Below, one piece after another: positions 1-9,884 of a stretch of DNA of 64,000 nt. The notes under the pieces are model-generated. The model made no database searches and was not told the origin of the DNA. It saw nothing but the letters and a program-made list of their open reading frames with translations. Both the position numbers and the translations under genes were made by a program. The stretch spans positions 4,900 to 68,899 of the forward strand of contig JAGAJR010000017.1 in assembly GCA_017626035.1 (NCBI GenBank), written 5' to 3'. The DNA comes from Alphaproteobacteria bacterium. GTDB taxonomy: Bacteria > Pseudomonadota > Alphaproteobacteria > RF32 > CAG-239. Within the stretch, counting starts at the first letter, position 1. Each line of letters begins with the position of its first letter.

Positions 1-2
1 AA

Positions 3-356
3 CAAAATTCTTTTGAATATGTTTTTCTTGACAAACAAACCGGAAAAATGGTCGGAGCAGGGGGAATTCATACGATTTCGTATATGAACAGAATGGCGGA
101 ATATGGCTATTATCTTGACCAAAAAGCAGTTGGTAACGGTTATGCAAGTGAATTTGTGCGTTTGATGGAGAAAGAGCTTTTTTCAAGAAAGATACACCGT
201 TTGGTTATTGAATGTGATGAAGACAACAAAGCTTCTGCAAGAGTGGCTGAACGAAACGGCTTTGTTTATGAAGGACGCTTGCGAGATGCCAAGTTTGCAT
301 ATGGCGGTTTTCGTAATGAACTTGTGTATGCAAAAATTAATTCATATTTATTTTGA
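3..356 (+). CDS. GNAT family N-acetyltransferase, 5'-truncated by window edge
   Basis: Reading frame is open to position 3 with no upstream stop; C-terminal region (RLVIECDEDNKASARVAERNGF...) resembles RimJ/RimL-type GNAT acetyltransferases. Confidence 0.6.
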   Translation, partial: QNSFEYVFLDKQTGKMVGAGGIHTISYMNRMAEYGYYLDQKAVGNGYASEFVRLMEKELFSRKIHRLVIECDEDNKASARVAERNGFVYEGRLRDAKFAYGGFRNELVYAKINSYLF

Positions 357-387
357 GTGTTGAATGTAGATTTTTTGAAAAAATATG

Positions 388-415
388 TTGACAGTTTTGA
401 TTTATTTTATATTTT
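388..415 (+). promoter_or_regulatory. putative sigma-70-like promoter (TTGACA-16-TATTTT) upstream of the truncated tRNA-Ala copy
   Basis: TTGACA at 388-393 and TATTTT at 410-415, about 35 nt before the tRNA-like sequence at 451. Confidence 0.35.
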
Positions 416-450
416 AGGTTCAAACAAAAGTTTGTTGATATATTTATTAT

Positions 451-472
451 GGGGGTATAGCTCAGTTGGGAT
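451..472 (+). pseudogene. truncated 5' fragment of tRNA-Ala (acceptor stem plus D-arm only)
   Basis: 28-nt identity (ttattatGGGGGTATAGCTCAGTTGGGA) between 444-472 and 607-635; upstream copy diverges inside the D-loop. Confidence 0.6.
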
Positions 473-480
473 GGCTAAGT

Positions 481-505
481 AAAAACAACACTTGTGTTGT
501 TTTTG
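481..505 (+). terminator. hairpin plus T-run immediately after the truncated tRNA fragment
   Basis: AACAACA-cttg-TGTTGTT stem followed by TTTTT. Confidence 0.45.
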
Positions 506-613
506 TCTGTAACATCTTGACTACCTTGATTGAACAAGGGAGCGGTAGCGACTGCAGAGCAATTTAGGTACTCAAGGCGTTTGAACAAACGCTCGTTTTT
601 AATAAGTTATTAT

Positions 614-689
<76 letters not shown>

Positions 690-692
690 AAA

Positions 693-722
693 AAACACCG
701 CAATAGGCGGTGTTTTTTTTGT
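693..722 (+). terminator. rho-independent terminator after tRNA-Ala
   Basis: ACACCGC-aatag-GCGGTGT hairpin followed by T9. Confidence 0.85.
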
Positions 723-991
723 TTCGGTAGCCAATCAAACATCGCAAGGCTCGTTTTCTTGGAAGCGGGTCCCCTTAGAAACATAGGTTCACTTCGTTTG
801 CTGTCGCTTCACTTGTTTACCAATGTTGTCTAAGATTTTGCAGACAAAAAAGTAAAGCATTTTGCTTTTTTGCTTAGCAATTACCTCCACCCGGGTCAAG
901 ATCAGCAGAAACATGAAAGTTAAGGGGCTATCTTGCATTTGATAAAGTTTTTTGTTATGTTTAGCTCCGTTAATTCAAAATAGGTTGAAAA

Positions 992-1537
992 ATGTCCGGA
1001 GAGAAAATTTTACTTTTATCCTGTTGTGCTCCTTGTTCTTGTGCCGTTATTGAAAAAATGGCGGAAGCTAAGGAAAATTTTTCCGTTGTTTTTTATAATC
1101 CGAATATTCGTCCAGAAGCTGAATATCGTAAGCGTTGTGATGAAAACAAAAAAGTTTGTGATTTATATCATGTCCCGTTTATTGAACTGGAATATGACAA
1201 TCCGCGTTGGTGCCGTTTGACGGAAGGTTTGGAAGAGGAGCCGGAGAGGGGACGTCGGTGCAGTATTTGTTTTTATATGCGATTGAAAAGAGTTATGGAA
1301 TATGCTCGGGAAAACGGTTTTGATGCCGTGGCTTCCGTTTTGGGTGTTTCCCGTTACAAGAATCTGACTCAGGTAAATGAAGCCGCTTATAAGGCTTCGG
1401 TGGAAACCGGTGTGCCTTATGTTGAAATAGAGGGACGGAAAAACGGAATGCAGGAATTGCGTAACCGTTTGATAAAAGAGTTAAATTTATATAATCAGGA
1501 TTATTGCGGCTGTAAACCCCGTAAAAATAGTTTATAA
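992..1537 (+). CDS. queH: epoxyqueuosine reductase QueH (DUF208)
   Basis: N-terminal LLLSCCAPCS motif and overall length typical of QueH. Confidence 0.8.
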   Translation: MSGEKILLLSCCAPCSCAVIEKMAEAKENFSVVFYNPNIRPEAEYRKRCDENKKVCDLYHVPFIELEYDNPRWCRLTEGLEEEPERGRRCSICFYMRLKRVMEYARENGFDAVASVLGVSRYKNLTQVNEAAYKASVETGVPYVEIEGRKNGMQELRNRLIKELNLYNQDYCGCKPRKNSL

Positions 1538-1634
1538 AATAGACAAAAAACACTTGCATTCTTATAAATTATTGTCTAAGCTTTCTATCAAGTGATAAGT
1601 AAAGCTATGTTAAATTTTTTAATTTCTAAGAATT

Positions 1635-2240
1635 ATGTTTGAAAAGATTATCATTGCCTGCAGCAATGAGGAAAAAGTCAGCGAGCTCAAGGAGCTTCTC
1701 AAAGGTCTCGGAATCGAAGCTGTTTCAGCTAAAAGTATGAAGATTCCCGGTGTTGAACGTCTTGGCAAGAACCTGCACGAATGCGGTGCCCTGTTTGCCC
1801 AGCAAATTGCCGATGAAACAGGATTCCCCTGCATTACGGAGGATTCGGGCATCAGCGTTTCGGCTCTCGGCGGTAAACCCGGTCTTTATGCTCAGGGATA
1901 TCTCAAAAACGGTAACTATTCTCTGGCAATGAAGATGGTTCTTGCGGAGCTTGAAGGAATCCAGAGAATTTCGGAACGGAACGCGGTATTTACCTGTGTT
2001 CTTACCCTGGCAACACCTTGTCAGGACGGACGTCAGACCATAGAATTCTTTCAGAGCAGTATTTCGGGATGCGTTCCTTTCGAAATCAGCGGAACGGGTA
2101 TCGGTTTTGAGCCCATTTTCATTCCTGACGGTGCCTACAAGGTTTTGGCCCGTATGGATGCGGAAGAACGTCAACGTTACTGCCACCGCTGTAAGGCATT
2201 GAACAAGCTGATTGATTACCTCAAACAGCAACAGTCCTAA
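1635..2240 (+). CDS. rdgB: non-canonical purine NTP pyrophosphatase (RdgB/HAM1 family)
   Basis: ITEDSGISVSALGGKPGLYA and GFGYDPIFIP-like motifs of dITP/XTP pyrophosphatase. Confidence 0.85.
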   Translation: MFEKIIIACSNEEKVSELKELLKGLGIEAVSAKSMKIPGVERLGKNLHECGALFAQQIADETGFPCITEDSGISVSALGGKPGLYAQGYLKNGNYSLAMKMVLAELEGIQRISERNAVFTCVLTLATPCQDGRQTIEFFQSSISGCVPFEISGTGIGFEPIFIPDGAYKVLARMDAEERQRYCHRCKALNKLIDYLKQQQS

Positions 2241-2265
2241 TCTAAACACAAAAAAATTATTTTTT

Positions 2266-2290
2266 GGGGAGCTTCGGCTCCTTTTTTTTA
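2266..2290 (+). terminator. rho-independent terminator after rdgB
   Basis: GGAGC-ttcg-GCTCC hairpin followed by T8. Confidence 0.8.
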
Positions 2291-2332
2291 TTTAAAAAAT
2301 TTACAAAAAATGACAAAACCTCTTAATCAATG

Positions 2333-2359
2333 TTGACAAACGGGTAGTTTTTTTATAAG
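2333..2359 (+). promoter_or_regulatory. putative sigma-70-like promoter (TTGACA, 15-nt spacer, TATAAG)
   Basis: Exact TTGACA at 2333-2338 and TATAAG at 2354-2359; spacer is short, so this is weak. Confidence 0.3.
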
Positions 2360-2410
2360 ACACAGATCAGAGATCGTTAACACTATGTTTTATAATTAAA
2401 CTAAATTACT

Positions 2411-3583
2411 ATGAAGCAATTCAAGTTGGAAAATGGATTGACTCTGGTTGTCGTGCCGAAAAACAACCAAGGGAATGTGACGGTTTCCGTTTCCGTCGGG
2501 GTGGGACACAATAATGAGACTGTGGAAACACTCGGTCTTTGTGCCCTCTATGAAAGTGTTCTTCTGAAACAGGCTTTCGGAATACAGGCAATGTACGGAG
2601 GAACAATTACTACGTTCATTACCGATACCGAAGTCGGTATGCTGGAACAAGTGTTCGATGAGATGGCGAAACTTATCGTTTGTCCCAATCTGGATCAGGA
2701 ACTGGTAGATGTCGCTGCGGCAGATATTGTCCGCCACACGAAAGACATGGCTCCGCTGGTTCGCCGCCAGTTGAAACTCTTGTATAAGCATACTGCCTAT
2801 GCCAACGACAAAATCGTATGGGATACGCGGTCGTACATCAACAGCGTGCAAGGGTTCAAAACGAAGAATCTGCAAAAGCATCATGACCGCTACTATGTCG
2901 GAAAGAATCTCGTTCTGGAGGTTTCCGGCGGAGGAATTGACTGTGAAGAAGTTCTGGAGCTGGCGGATTTGTACTTCGGGAGTATTCCCGCAGGCAAAAA
3001 GAATCCTGCTCCCAAGCATTTCTACACTGGCGGTTTCGCCCAAATTCCGGCAGAGCAGATGCAAATGCTTCTGTTCGGATGGGATGTTTCCGATCTTTCC
3101 AATGTCAGTGAGGCCAATGTGATGATGCATATGCTTCGCGGCCGTCTGGAGAGAAGTTTTTCGGGAACAGATGTTGCTTTCGGGGTTAAAATCGCCGGCT
3201 ACTATGGCCGCCGTTCCCTGCAGATTTCCGTTCAGACACAGAACACCCCGTTGAATCAGTGTATCGACGTGGTGACTGAGAACGTAAAACGTCTGAAAGG
3301 AACTCTGGCGAGCGACCGTCGTCTTGAGTCATCCCGCAATCTGGCCATGGCTGAGAAATTGTTCCTTTTCGAACGTCCGATTGAAGGGGCGTATGAAATC
3401 GGCTGGCAAATTCTTGGCCGCGGGGATATGTACAGTGTTCAGGAACGTATTTCCTCAACCTGGAAGGTAACCGCCCGCGATGTTCAGGAAATTGCACAGC
3501 ATATTTTTGCTCGAAAACTGACTCTGGTCGCGGCGGCAAATGAGCCTCTGTATGATTATGAGGATGTGTGCAACAAGATGTGA
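2411..3583 (+). CDS. M16 (pitrilysin) family peptidase-like protein lacking the HxxEH zinc motif, probably non-catalytic
   Basis: N-terminal GLTLVVVP... then GLCALYESVLL where HxxEH is expected; M16-like fold signature around YYVGKNLVLEVSGG. Confidence 0.6.
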   Translation: MKQFKLENGLTLVVVPKNNQGNVTVSVSVGVGHNNETVETLGLCALYESVLLKQAFGIQAMYGGTITTFITDTEVGMLEQVFDEMAKLIVCPNLDQELVDVAAADIVRHTKDMAPLVRRQLKLLYKHTAYANDKIVWDTRSYINSVQGFKTKNLQKHHDRYYVGKNLVLEVSGGGIDCEEVLELADLYFGSIPAGKKNPAPKHFYTGGFAQIPAEQMQMLLFGWDVSDLSNVSEANVMMHMLRGRLERSFSGTDVAFGVKIAGYYGRRSLQISVQTQNTPLNQCIDVVTENVKRLKGTLASDRRLESSRNLAMAEKLFLFERPIEGAYEIGWQILGRGDMYSVQERISSTWKVTARDVQEIAQHIFARKLTLVAAANEPLYDYEDVCNKM

Positions 3584-3614
3584 TTTTCGGCTAAAGAGAA
3601 AAATTGAAGAACTA

Positions 3615-3648
3615 AGGGGTGTTCCGTTTACGGACACCTCTTTTTTTG
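3615..3648 (+). terminator. rho-independent terminator
   Basis: GGTGTTCCG-ttta-CGGACACC hairpin followed by T7. Confidence 0.7.
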
Positions 3649-3718
3649 TGTAAAAACGTTAGGATTGTTGACCAATACGCCCTTTAGAATTTATAAAGAT
3701 GCAGAGAAGGAGAAAAAT

Positions 3719-4339
3719 ATGCCTGATTTTAAAATTGAAGACAGTTTGGGCGGCATTGTCGCCGGGGTTGACGAAGCAGGGAGAGGCCCCTGGGCCGGAC
3801 CGGTCGTGGCCGGAGCGGTTGTTATTCTGGACAGGAATCTGGATGCCGAACTTTTGAATGGTTTGGATGACTCGAAAAAACTTTCAGCCAAAAAAAGAGA
3901 AAAACTTTATAATCTCTTGTTTGAAGAAGAAAAAAACGGCAAGGTGGCTATCGGTATCGGAGAGGCGTCCGCGGAAGAAATTGACGCGTTGAATATTTTA
4001 CAGGCAACATTTTTAGCAATGACCCGGGCGGTCGAAAAACTTAAAGCAATACCTGAAATTGCGATTATAGACGGTAATCAAAATCCTAAAAAATTTCCAT
4101 GCCCGTCTAAAACAGTTGTGAAAGGCGATGCCAAATCAATGTCTATTTCCGCGGCCTCAATTGCAGCAAAGGTTTACAGAGACCGCTTGATGTCTGAATT
4201 GGCTGAGAAATATCCTTATTATGGTTTTGAAAAGAATGCCGGTTACGGAACCAAAGCTCATATAGAAGGATTGAAAAGTTACGGAATTATTCCTGAACAT
4301 CGAAAATCTTACAAGCCGATACAAGCTTTTTTGAAATAA
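3719..4339 (+). CDS. rnhB: ribonuclease HII
   Basis: GIVAGVDEAGRGPWAGPVVAGAVVI signature; AAGGAG RBS precedes the ATG at 3719. Confidence 0.9.
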   Translation: MPDFKIEDSLGGIVAGVDEAGRGPWAGPVVAGAVVILDRNLDAELLNGLDDSKKLSAKKREKLYNLLFEEEKNGKVAIGIGEASAEEIDALNILQATFLAMTRAVEKLKAIPEIAIIDGNQNPKKFPCPSKTVVKGDAKSMSISAASIAAKVYRDRLMSELAEKYPYYGFEKNAGYGTKAHIEGLKSYGIIPEHRKSYKPIQAFLK

Positions 4340-4462
4340 CAAATTTAATGCCTTGGATTTCAAGCAGTTGTTTCTTTAATTGCGGAGACCGGAACTTTTT
4401 TTGTTTGTTGTTAATAAATTTATAACTATCTTTCCACCATACTGAGTTCATCAGAAAAATAA

Positions 4463-5581
<1,119 letters not shown>

Positions 5582-5597
5582 ATTTGATAAACAAAAA

Positions 5598-5630
5598 AGC
5601 GGCCTGGTTGAAAAATCAGGCTTCTTTTTT
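5598..5630 (+). terminator. rho-independent terminator after ccrM
   Basis: GCCTG-gttgaaaaat-CAGGC hairpin followed by TTCTTTTTT. Confidence 0.65.
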
Positions 5631-5730
5631 GCCTAACCAGGACATAAACACAAAAAATGTGTTGTAAAAGAACGGAAAAATCAGTATAAAAAGATAATTT
5701 AAAAAATATGCTTGGATTTTAAATAATTAA

Positions 5731-6864
5731 ATGCAGAAATGGGTAAAGAAAAATAATAAATCGGCTAAGCCGGCAGTGCTGAAAAACGAAGATAAAATTC
5801 AGCGTAACTATGCCGCCATTGATTTAGGGACGAACTCCTGCCGTCTGGTTATCGCATCGCCGACACCGGCCTCGTTTCGCATTGTTGAAACCTTTTCCCG
5901 TATTACCAGACTGGGAGAGGGGATTATTCAGGATAACGAACTTTCGCGTCCGGCCATTAAGAGAACCGTTGCGGCTTTAAAAGTTTGTGCCGGGGTGTTG
6001 GATGAATATGCCCCGATTTACCGTTCCCGTTTTGTGGCAACGGCCGCTTGCCGCAGAGCCAAAAACAGTGCGGAATTTTTTGAGGTGGTAAAGCGGGAGA
6101 CCGGATTAAATTTGGAAGTTATTTCTTCGAAGGAAGAATCACGTTTGGCTGTGGTCGGCTGTGTTCCTTTGCTGAACAGAAACATTAAACGGACACTGGT
6201 GTTTGATATCGGCGGCGGTTCTACGGAAATTTCTCTGGCCAGAATTACCAACAGCGGAAAAACTTTTATTGAAGGTTTTGTATCATTGCCTTATGGGGTG
6301 GTTACGATTTCGGAAGCGTTTCCGGCCAAAGATATGACCACTTTGGCGTATAACACGATTATTGAACGGACGCATAAGCTTCTGAAAGATTTTGATGAGA
6401 AATACGGCATTTATGAGGCAATAAAAAATCAGGAAATTCAGATTATCGGAACTTCGGGAACGGTTACCGTTTTGGGGGCGGTGCATTTGAATTTGCCGCG
6501 TTATAACCGTTCGGCGGTTGACGGTATCGCCATTACCAAGCAGGATATTGACCGGGCAATTGCCAAAATCAAACGGTTGGGCGACGAAGGACGCAAGAAA
6601 CATCCGTGTATCGGAGCTCAGAAAGCCGATTTGACCATGGCGGGATGTGCCATTATTGAGGCTCTGTGTTCTTTTTGGCCGATTGCCGAAATTACGGTTG
6701 CCGACCGGGGCATTCGCGAGGGAATTTTACTGGATATGATGCATAGCAAGCCAAACCAACCGTATTCTCCGCATAAAAAGAAAAAATTTCATCATCCGTA
6801 TCATCGTGATAACCGTTTTAAACCTGCGGATAAAAACAGGAGCAAGAATAATAATGACAAATGA
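5731..6864 (+). CDS. Ppx/GppA family phosphatase (short form, with basic C-terminal tail)
   Basis: AAIDLGTNSCRLVIA and DIGGGSTE motifs of Ppx/GppA. Confidence 0.8.
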   Translation: MQKWVKKNNKSAKPAVLKNEDKIQRNYAAIDLGTNSCRLVIASPTPASFRIVETFSRITRLGEGIIQDNELSRPAIKRTVAALKVCAGVLDEYAPIYRSRFVATAACRRAKNSAEFFEVVKRETGLNLEVISSKEESRLAVVGCVPLLNRNIKRTLVFDIGGGSTEISLARITNSGKTFIEGFVSLPYGVVTISEAFPAKDMTTLAYNTIIERTHKLLKDFDEKYGIYEAIKNQEIQIIGTSGTVTVLGAVHLNLPRYNRSAVDGIAITKQDIDRAIAKIKRLGDEGRKKHPCIGAQKADLTMAGCAIIEALCSFWPIAEITVADRGIREGILLDMMHSKPNQPYSPHKKKKFHHPYHRDNRFKPADKNRSKNNNDK

Positions 6865-7801
6865 ATGTTATGCCGCTATTGATTTGGGAACGAATTCCTG
6901 CCGTCTGGTTATTGCCGACAATAAAGGAAATTATCTTTATAAAGATACCGTGGCAACCCGGTTAGGCGAGGGAATGTATGCTCAAATGAAGTTTACGGAC
7001 GAGGCTGTTGACAGGGGCATAAAGTGCTTTTGTGATTATAAGCGGGAAATGGACAAGTATGGGGTTTCCAAATATCGGGCAATTGCCACGGCTTCCTGCC
7101 GGATGGCGTCCAATGGTTTGGATTTTGTTCGTCAGGTTAAGGAAAAGACAGGAATTGAGATTGAGGTTATTGACGGTTTGGAAGAAGCTCGGCTGAATCT
7201 CAAGGGAGCTTTGCAGAATGTGAAAGGAAAATCCGAGTATGTCGTTGTTTATGATTTGGGCGGCGGTTCTACGGAAATTACGTTGGCAACCAATGAATCC
7301 GACCCAAAAATCATTTACAGTGTTTCTATTCCCTGGGGAGCAAGAAATTCCAGTGAAGCTTTTGACTTGGTGGAATATTCCGATGAACGGGCTGAAAAAT
7401 TGAGGAATGAAATTGCCGGATATGTTCGGGAGTTTGTTGAGAAATCACATCTGAAGGATTATGAAGGCAAGGTGTGTTTTGTGGCAACGTCCAGCACTCC
7501 GTTGCGTTTGATAAGCAAAATATATGCTTTCGGGGAGTTTGACCGGGAAAAGGCCGATGGATGCAAAGCTTCCCGCAAGCAGTTTGACGAAACAATTGCG
7601 TCCATATACAAAATGAGCCGTGTTCAAATGGCCGAAGATGTTTATATCGGCGAAAAAAGGTCGTTTATTTTTGTTCCGGCCTGTGTCATTTTTAAGACAA
7701 TTTATGACGGATTAGGCGTGGAGGAGTTAACCGCCTCGTTAAAGAGTGCCAAAGACGGAATTATTGAAGAATTGGTGGAGAAATATGGCAAAACTGACTA
7801 A
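6854..7801 (+). CDS. Ppx/GppA family phosphatase, tandem paralog
   Basis: YAAIDLGTNSCRLVIAD and DLGGGSTEI; AGGAG RBS before the ATG at 6854; 11-nt overlap with the upstream paralog. Confidence 0.8.
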   Translation: MTNECYAAIDLGTNSCRLVIADNKGNYLYKDTVATRLGEGMYAQMKFTDEAVDRGIKCFCDYKREMDKYGVSKYRAIATASCRMASNGLDFVRQVKEKTGIEIEVIDGLEEARLNLKGALQNVKGKSEYVVVYDLGGGSTEITLATNESDPKIIYSVSIPWGARNSSEAFDLVEYSDERAEKLRNEIAGYVREFVEKSHLKDYEGKVCFVATSSTPLRLISKIYAFGEFDREKADGCKASRKQFDETIASIYKMSRVQMAEDVYIGEKRSFIFVPACVIFKTIYDGLGVEELTASLKSAKDGIIEELVEKYGKTD

Positions 7802-8495
7802 ATCGGCAAAAGAGGTTCGCGGCCGCCATATGTTGACGGTGCGGGTCAAAACTTCCAAATATCGGGACAAGTCTTCCAATCGTTGGCTGGAAAGACAATT
7901 GAATGATCCGTATGTAGCGGAATCCAAACGTTTGGGGTATCGTTCCCGGGCGGCATTCAAACTGATTCAGCTGGATGAAAAATATAAGTTTTTGGGCAAA
8001 GGAAAGACTATTGTCGATTTGGGATGTGCTCCGGGAGGCTGGACACAGGTTGCCGTCCAACGAAACAAAGGAACCGGACAGGTAGTGGGAATTGATATTT
8101 TGGAAACGCAGCCGGTGTCCGGGGCGACAATGATTTGTCAGGATTTTACGGAAGCGGATGCGGCGGATAAATTGAAGGCATTGCTTGACGGAAAAGCGGA
8201 TATTGTGATGAGCGATATGGCTGCCAATACGACGGGACATCAGCAGACGGATCATTTGCGGACTATCGGTTTGGTAGAGTTGGCATACGAATTTGCAAAG
8301 GAAGTTTTGGCTGACGGCGGAATTTTTATTGCCAAAGTTTTTCAGGGCGGAGCGGAAGGTTCGCTTCTTGCCGATGTGAAGAAAAATTTTAAGAAAGTAT
8401 CGCATTGCAAGCCGGACGCAAGCCGTCAGGGATCGCCGGAAACTTATTTGGTGGCAATGGGGTATAAAGGTTCTGACGGAAAAGAACAGGGATAA
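7785..8495 (+). CDS. rlmE: 23S rRNA (uridine-2'-O)-methyltransferase RlmE/FtsJ
   Basis: RSRAAFKLIQLDEKY, VVDLGCAPGGWTQV SAM-binding motif. Confidence 0.85.
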   Translation: MAKLTKSAKEVRGRHMLTVRVKTSKYRDKSSNRWLERQLNDPYVAESKRLGYRSRAAFKLIQLDEKYKFLGKGKTIVDLGCAPGGWTQVAVQRNKGTGQVVGIDILETQPVSGATMICQDFTEADAADKLKALLDGKADIVMSDMAANTTGHQQTDHLRTIGLVELAYEFAKEVLADGGIFIAKVFQGGAEGSLLADVKKNFKKVSHCKPDASRQGSPETYLVAMGYKGSDGKEQG

Positions 8496-8498
8496 TTT

Positions 8499-9884
8499 AT
8501 GCTTAACAAACATCTTGCTGAGAGAGTTTTATTAAAAGCCTTGTCAACCGGTGGGGATTTTGCCGAACTTTATGCCGAAAATTCCCGGATGACATACTTG
8601 TCCATGGGCGACAATAAAATTGACGGAGCGTCCTCCAATCTGCGTTGCGGAGTAGGTATCCGGGTTTTCAAAGATGTGTTTTACAGTTATGCGTATACCA
8701 ATGATCTTAGCGAGGCAGGCTTATTGAAAACAGCGGAAAAAGCGGCTGCCGCAGTTTCTGGGAACGAATTAATCAAAAACATTAACTTGACTGGTTATCC
8801 TTTTGAAAATAATCACAAAACATTAATAAATCCAGAAAGCGTAAAAGCCGGAGAAAAGGTGGAAATTTTACGTCGGGCTTCTGCGGCGGCTTATCGGGAA
8901 AGTTCAAAAATCCGCCGAGTGGATGCCGGGTTAAGTGATAAAATTCAGAATGTGTTAATTGCCAATTCGGACGGATTGTGGGTTGAAGACACAAGAATCC
9001 GCACGCATTTTAATGTATCTGCCATGGCTGAAGACGGAGAAGAAAAATTTTCTTTGGGAAAAGGTTTGGGTGGTTTGCAAGGGTTTGAATTTTTTCAGAC
9101 CGTTAATGCGGAAGAAACAGCCCGTTTTTGTGCCAAAAGTGCCGTGGAAATGCTTACTGCGGAAAATTGTCCGGCCGGAAGAATGCCGGTGGTGGTAGCT
9201 CGTGAAATCGGCGGAATTTTGTTTCATGAAGCTTGCGGACATTCTTTGGAAGCAACATTGCTGGCAAAAAATGCTTCCGTTTTTAACGGCAAACTCGGAC
9301 AGCAGATTGCCAGTCCGTTGGTAACGCTGGTGGATGACGGGACACTGCCGAACTTGTGGGGTTCTTCCAATGTGGATGATGAAGGAAATAAGACCCGGCG
9401 GAATGTTTTGATAGAAAAAGGCGTTTTGAAGGGATATCTGATTGATCGGTTTAACGCTCGGAAAATGGGAATGGATGCAACCGGCAGTTCGCGGCGTGAA
9501 TCTTATAAAATCGCTCCGACTTCCCGAATGAATAATACTTATCTTCTGGCCGGAAACAGCAAACCGGAAGAGATTATCGCCAATACGGAAAGAGGCGTTT
9601 ATGTAACGATGTTCGGCAACGGTTCGGTTAATCCGACATCGGATGATTTCAATTTTCAGGTGAAACAGGCTTATTTGATTGAAGACGGGAAACTTACCAA
9701 ACCGGTCAAAGGGGCAAAACTTATCGGAAAAGGGGCGGATATTCTGCCAAAAATTGATATGGTCGGGGATGATTTGGGCATCCATGGCGGAGGGCATTGT
9801 GGTTCGGTTTCCGGTTATGTTCCGGTTTGCCACGGGCAGCCGACGCTCAGAGTGGCCGAAATGATTGTCGGAGGGCAAAAATAA
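8499..9884 (+). CDS. tldD: metalloprotease TldD
   Basis: HEACGHSLE zinc-binding motif; TldD/PmbA family length and composition. Confidence 0.9.
   Translation: MLNKHLAERVLLKALSTGGDFAELYAENSRMTYLSMGDNKIDGASSNLRCGVGIRVFKDVFYSYAYTNDLSEAGLLKTAEKAAAAVSGNELIKNINLTGYPFENNHKTLINPESVKAGEKVEILRRASAAAYRESSKIRRVDAGLSDKIQNVLIANSDGLWVEDTRIRTHFNVSAMAEDGEEKFSLGKGLGGLQGFEFFQTVNAEETARFCAKSAVEMLTAENCPAGRMPVVVAREIGGILFHEACGHSLEATLLAKNASVFNGKLGQQIASPLVTLVDDGTLPNLWGSSNVDDEGNKTRRNVLIEKGVLKGYLIDRFNARKMGMDATGSSRRESYKIAPTSRMNNTYLLAGNSKPEEIIANTERGVYVTMFGNGSVNPTSDDFNFQVKQAYLIEDGKLTKPVKGAKLIGKGADILPKIDMVGDDLGIHGGGHCGSVSGYVPVCHGQPTLRVAEMIVGGQK

Noticed and set aside
1725-2249. Long antisense ORFs opposite confidently identified genes (for example 1725-2249, 2396-3130, 4577-5071, 7761-8513, 8955-9878, 11432-11890, 42666-43139, 49815-50318, 53074-53511, 56350-56787 and similar)
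   Set aside because: They are shadow ORFs on the strand opposite genes with strong homology. Their compositions are odd (Arg/Ser/Phe-rich, low complexity) and they have no RBS.
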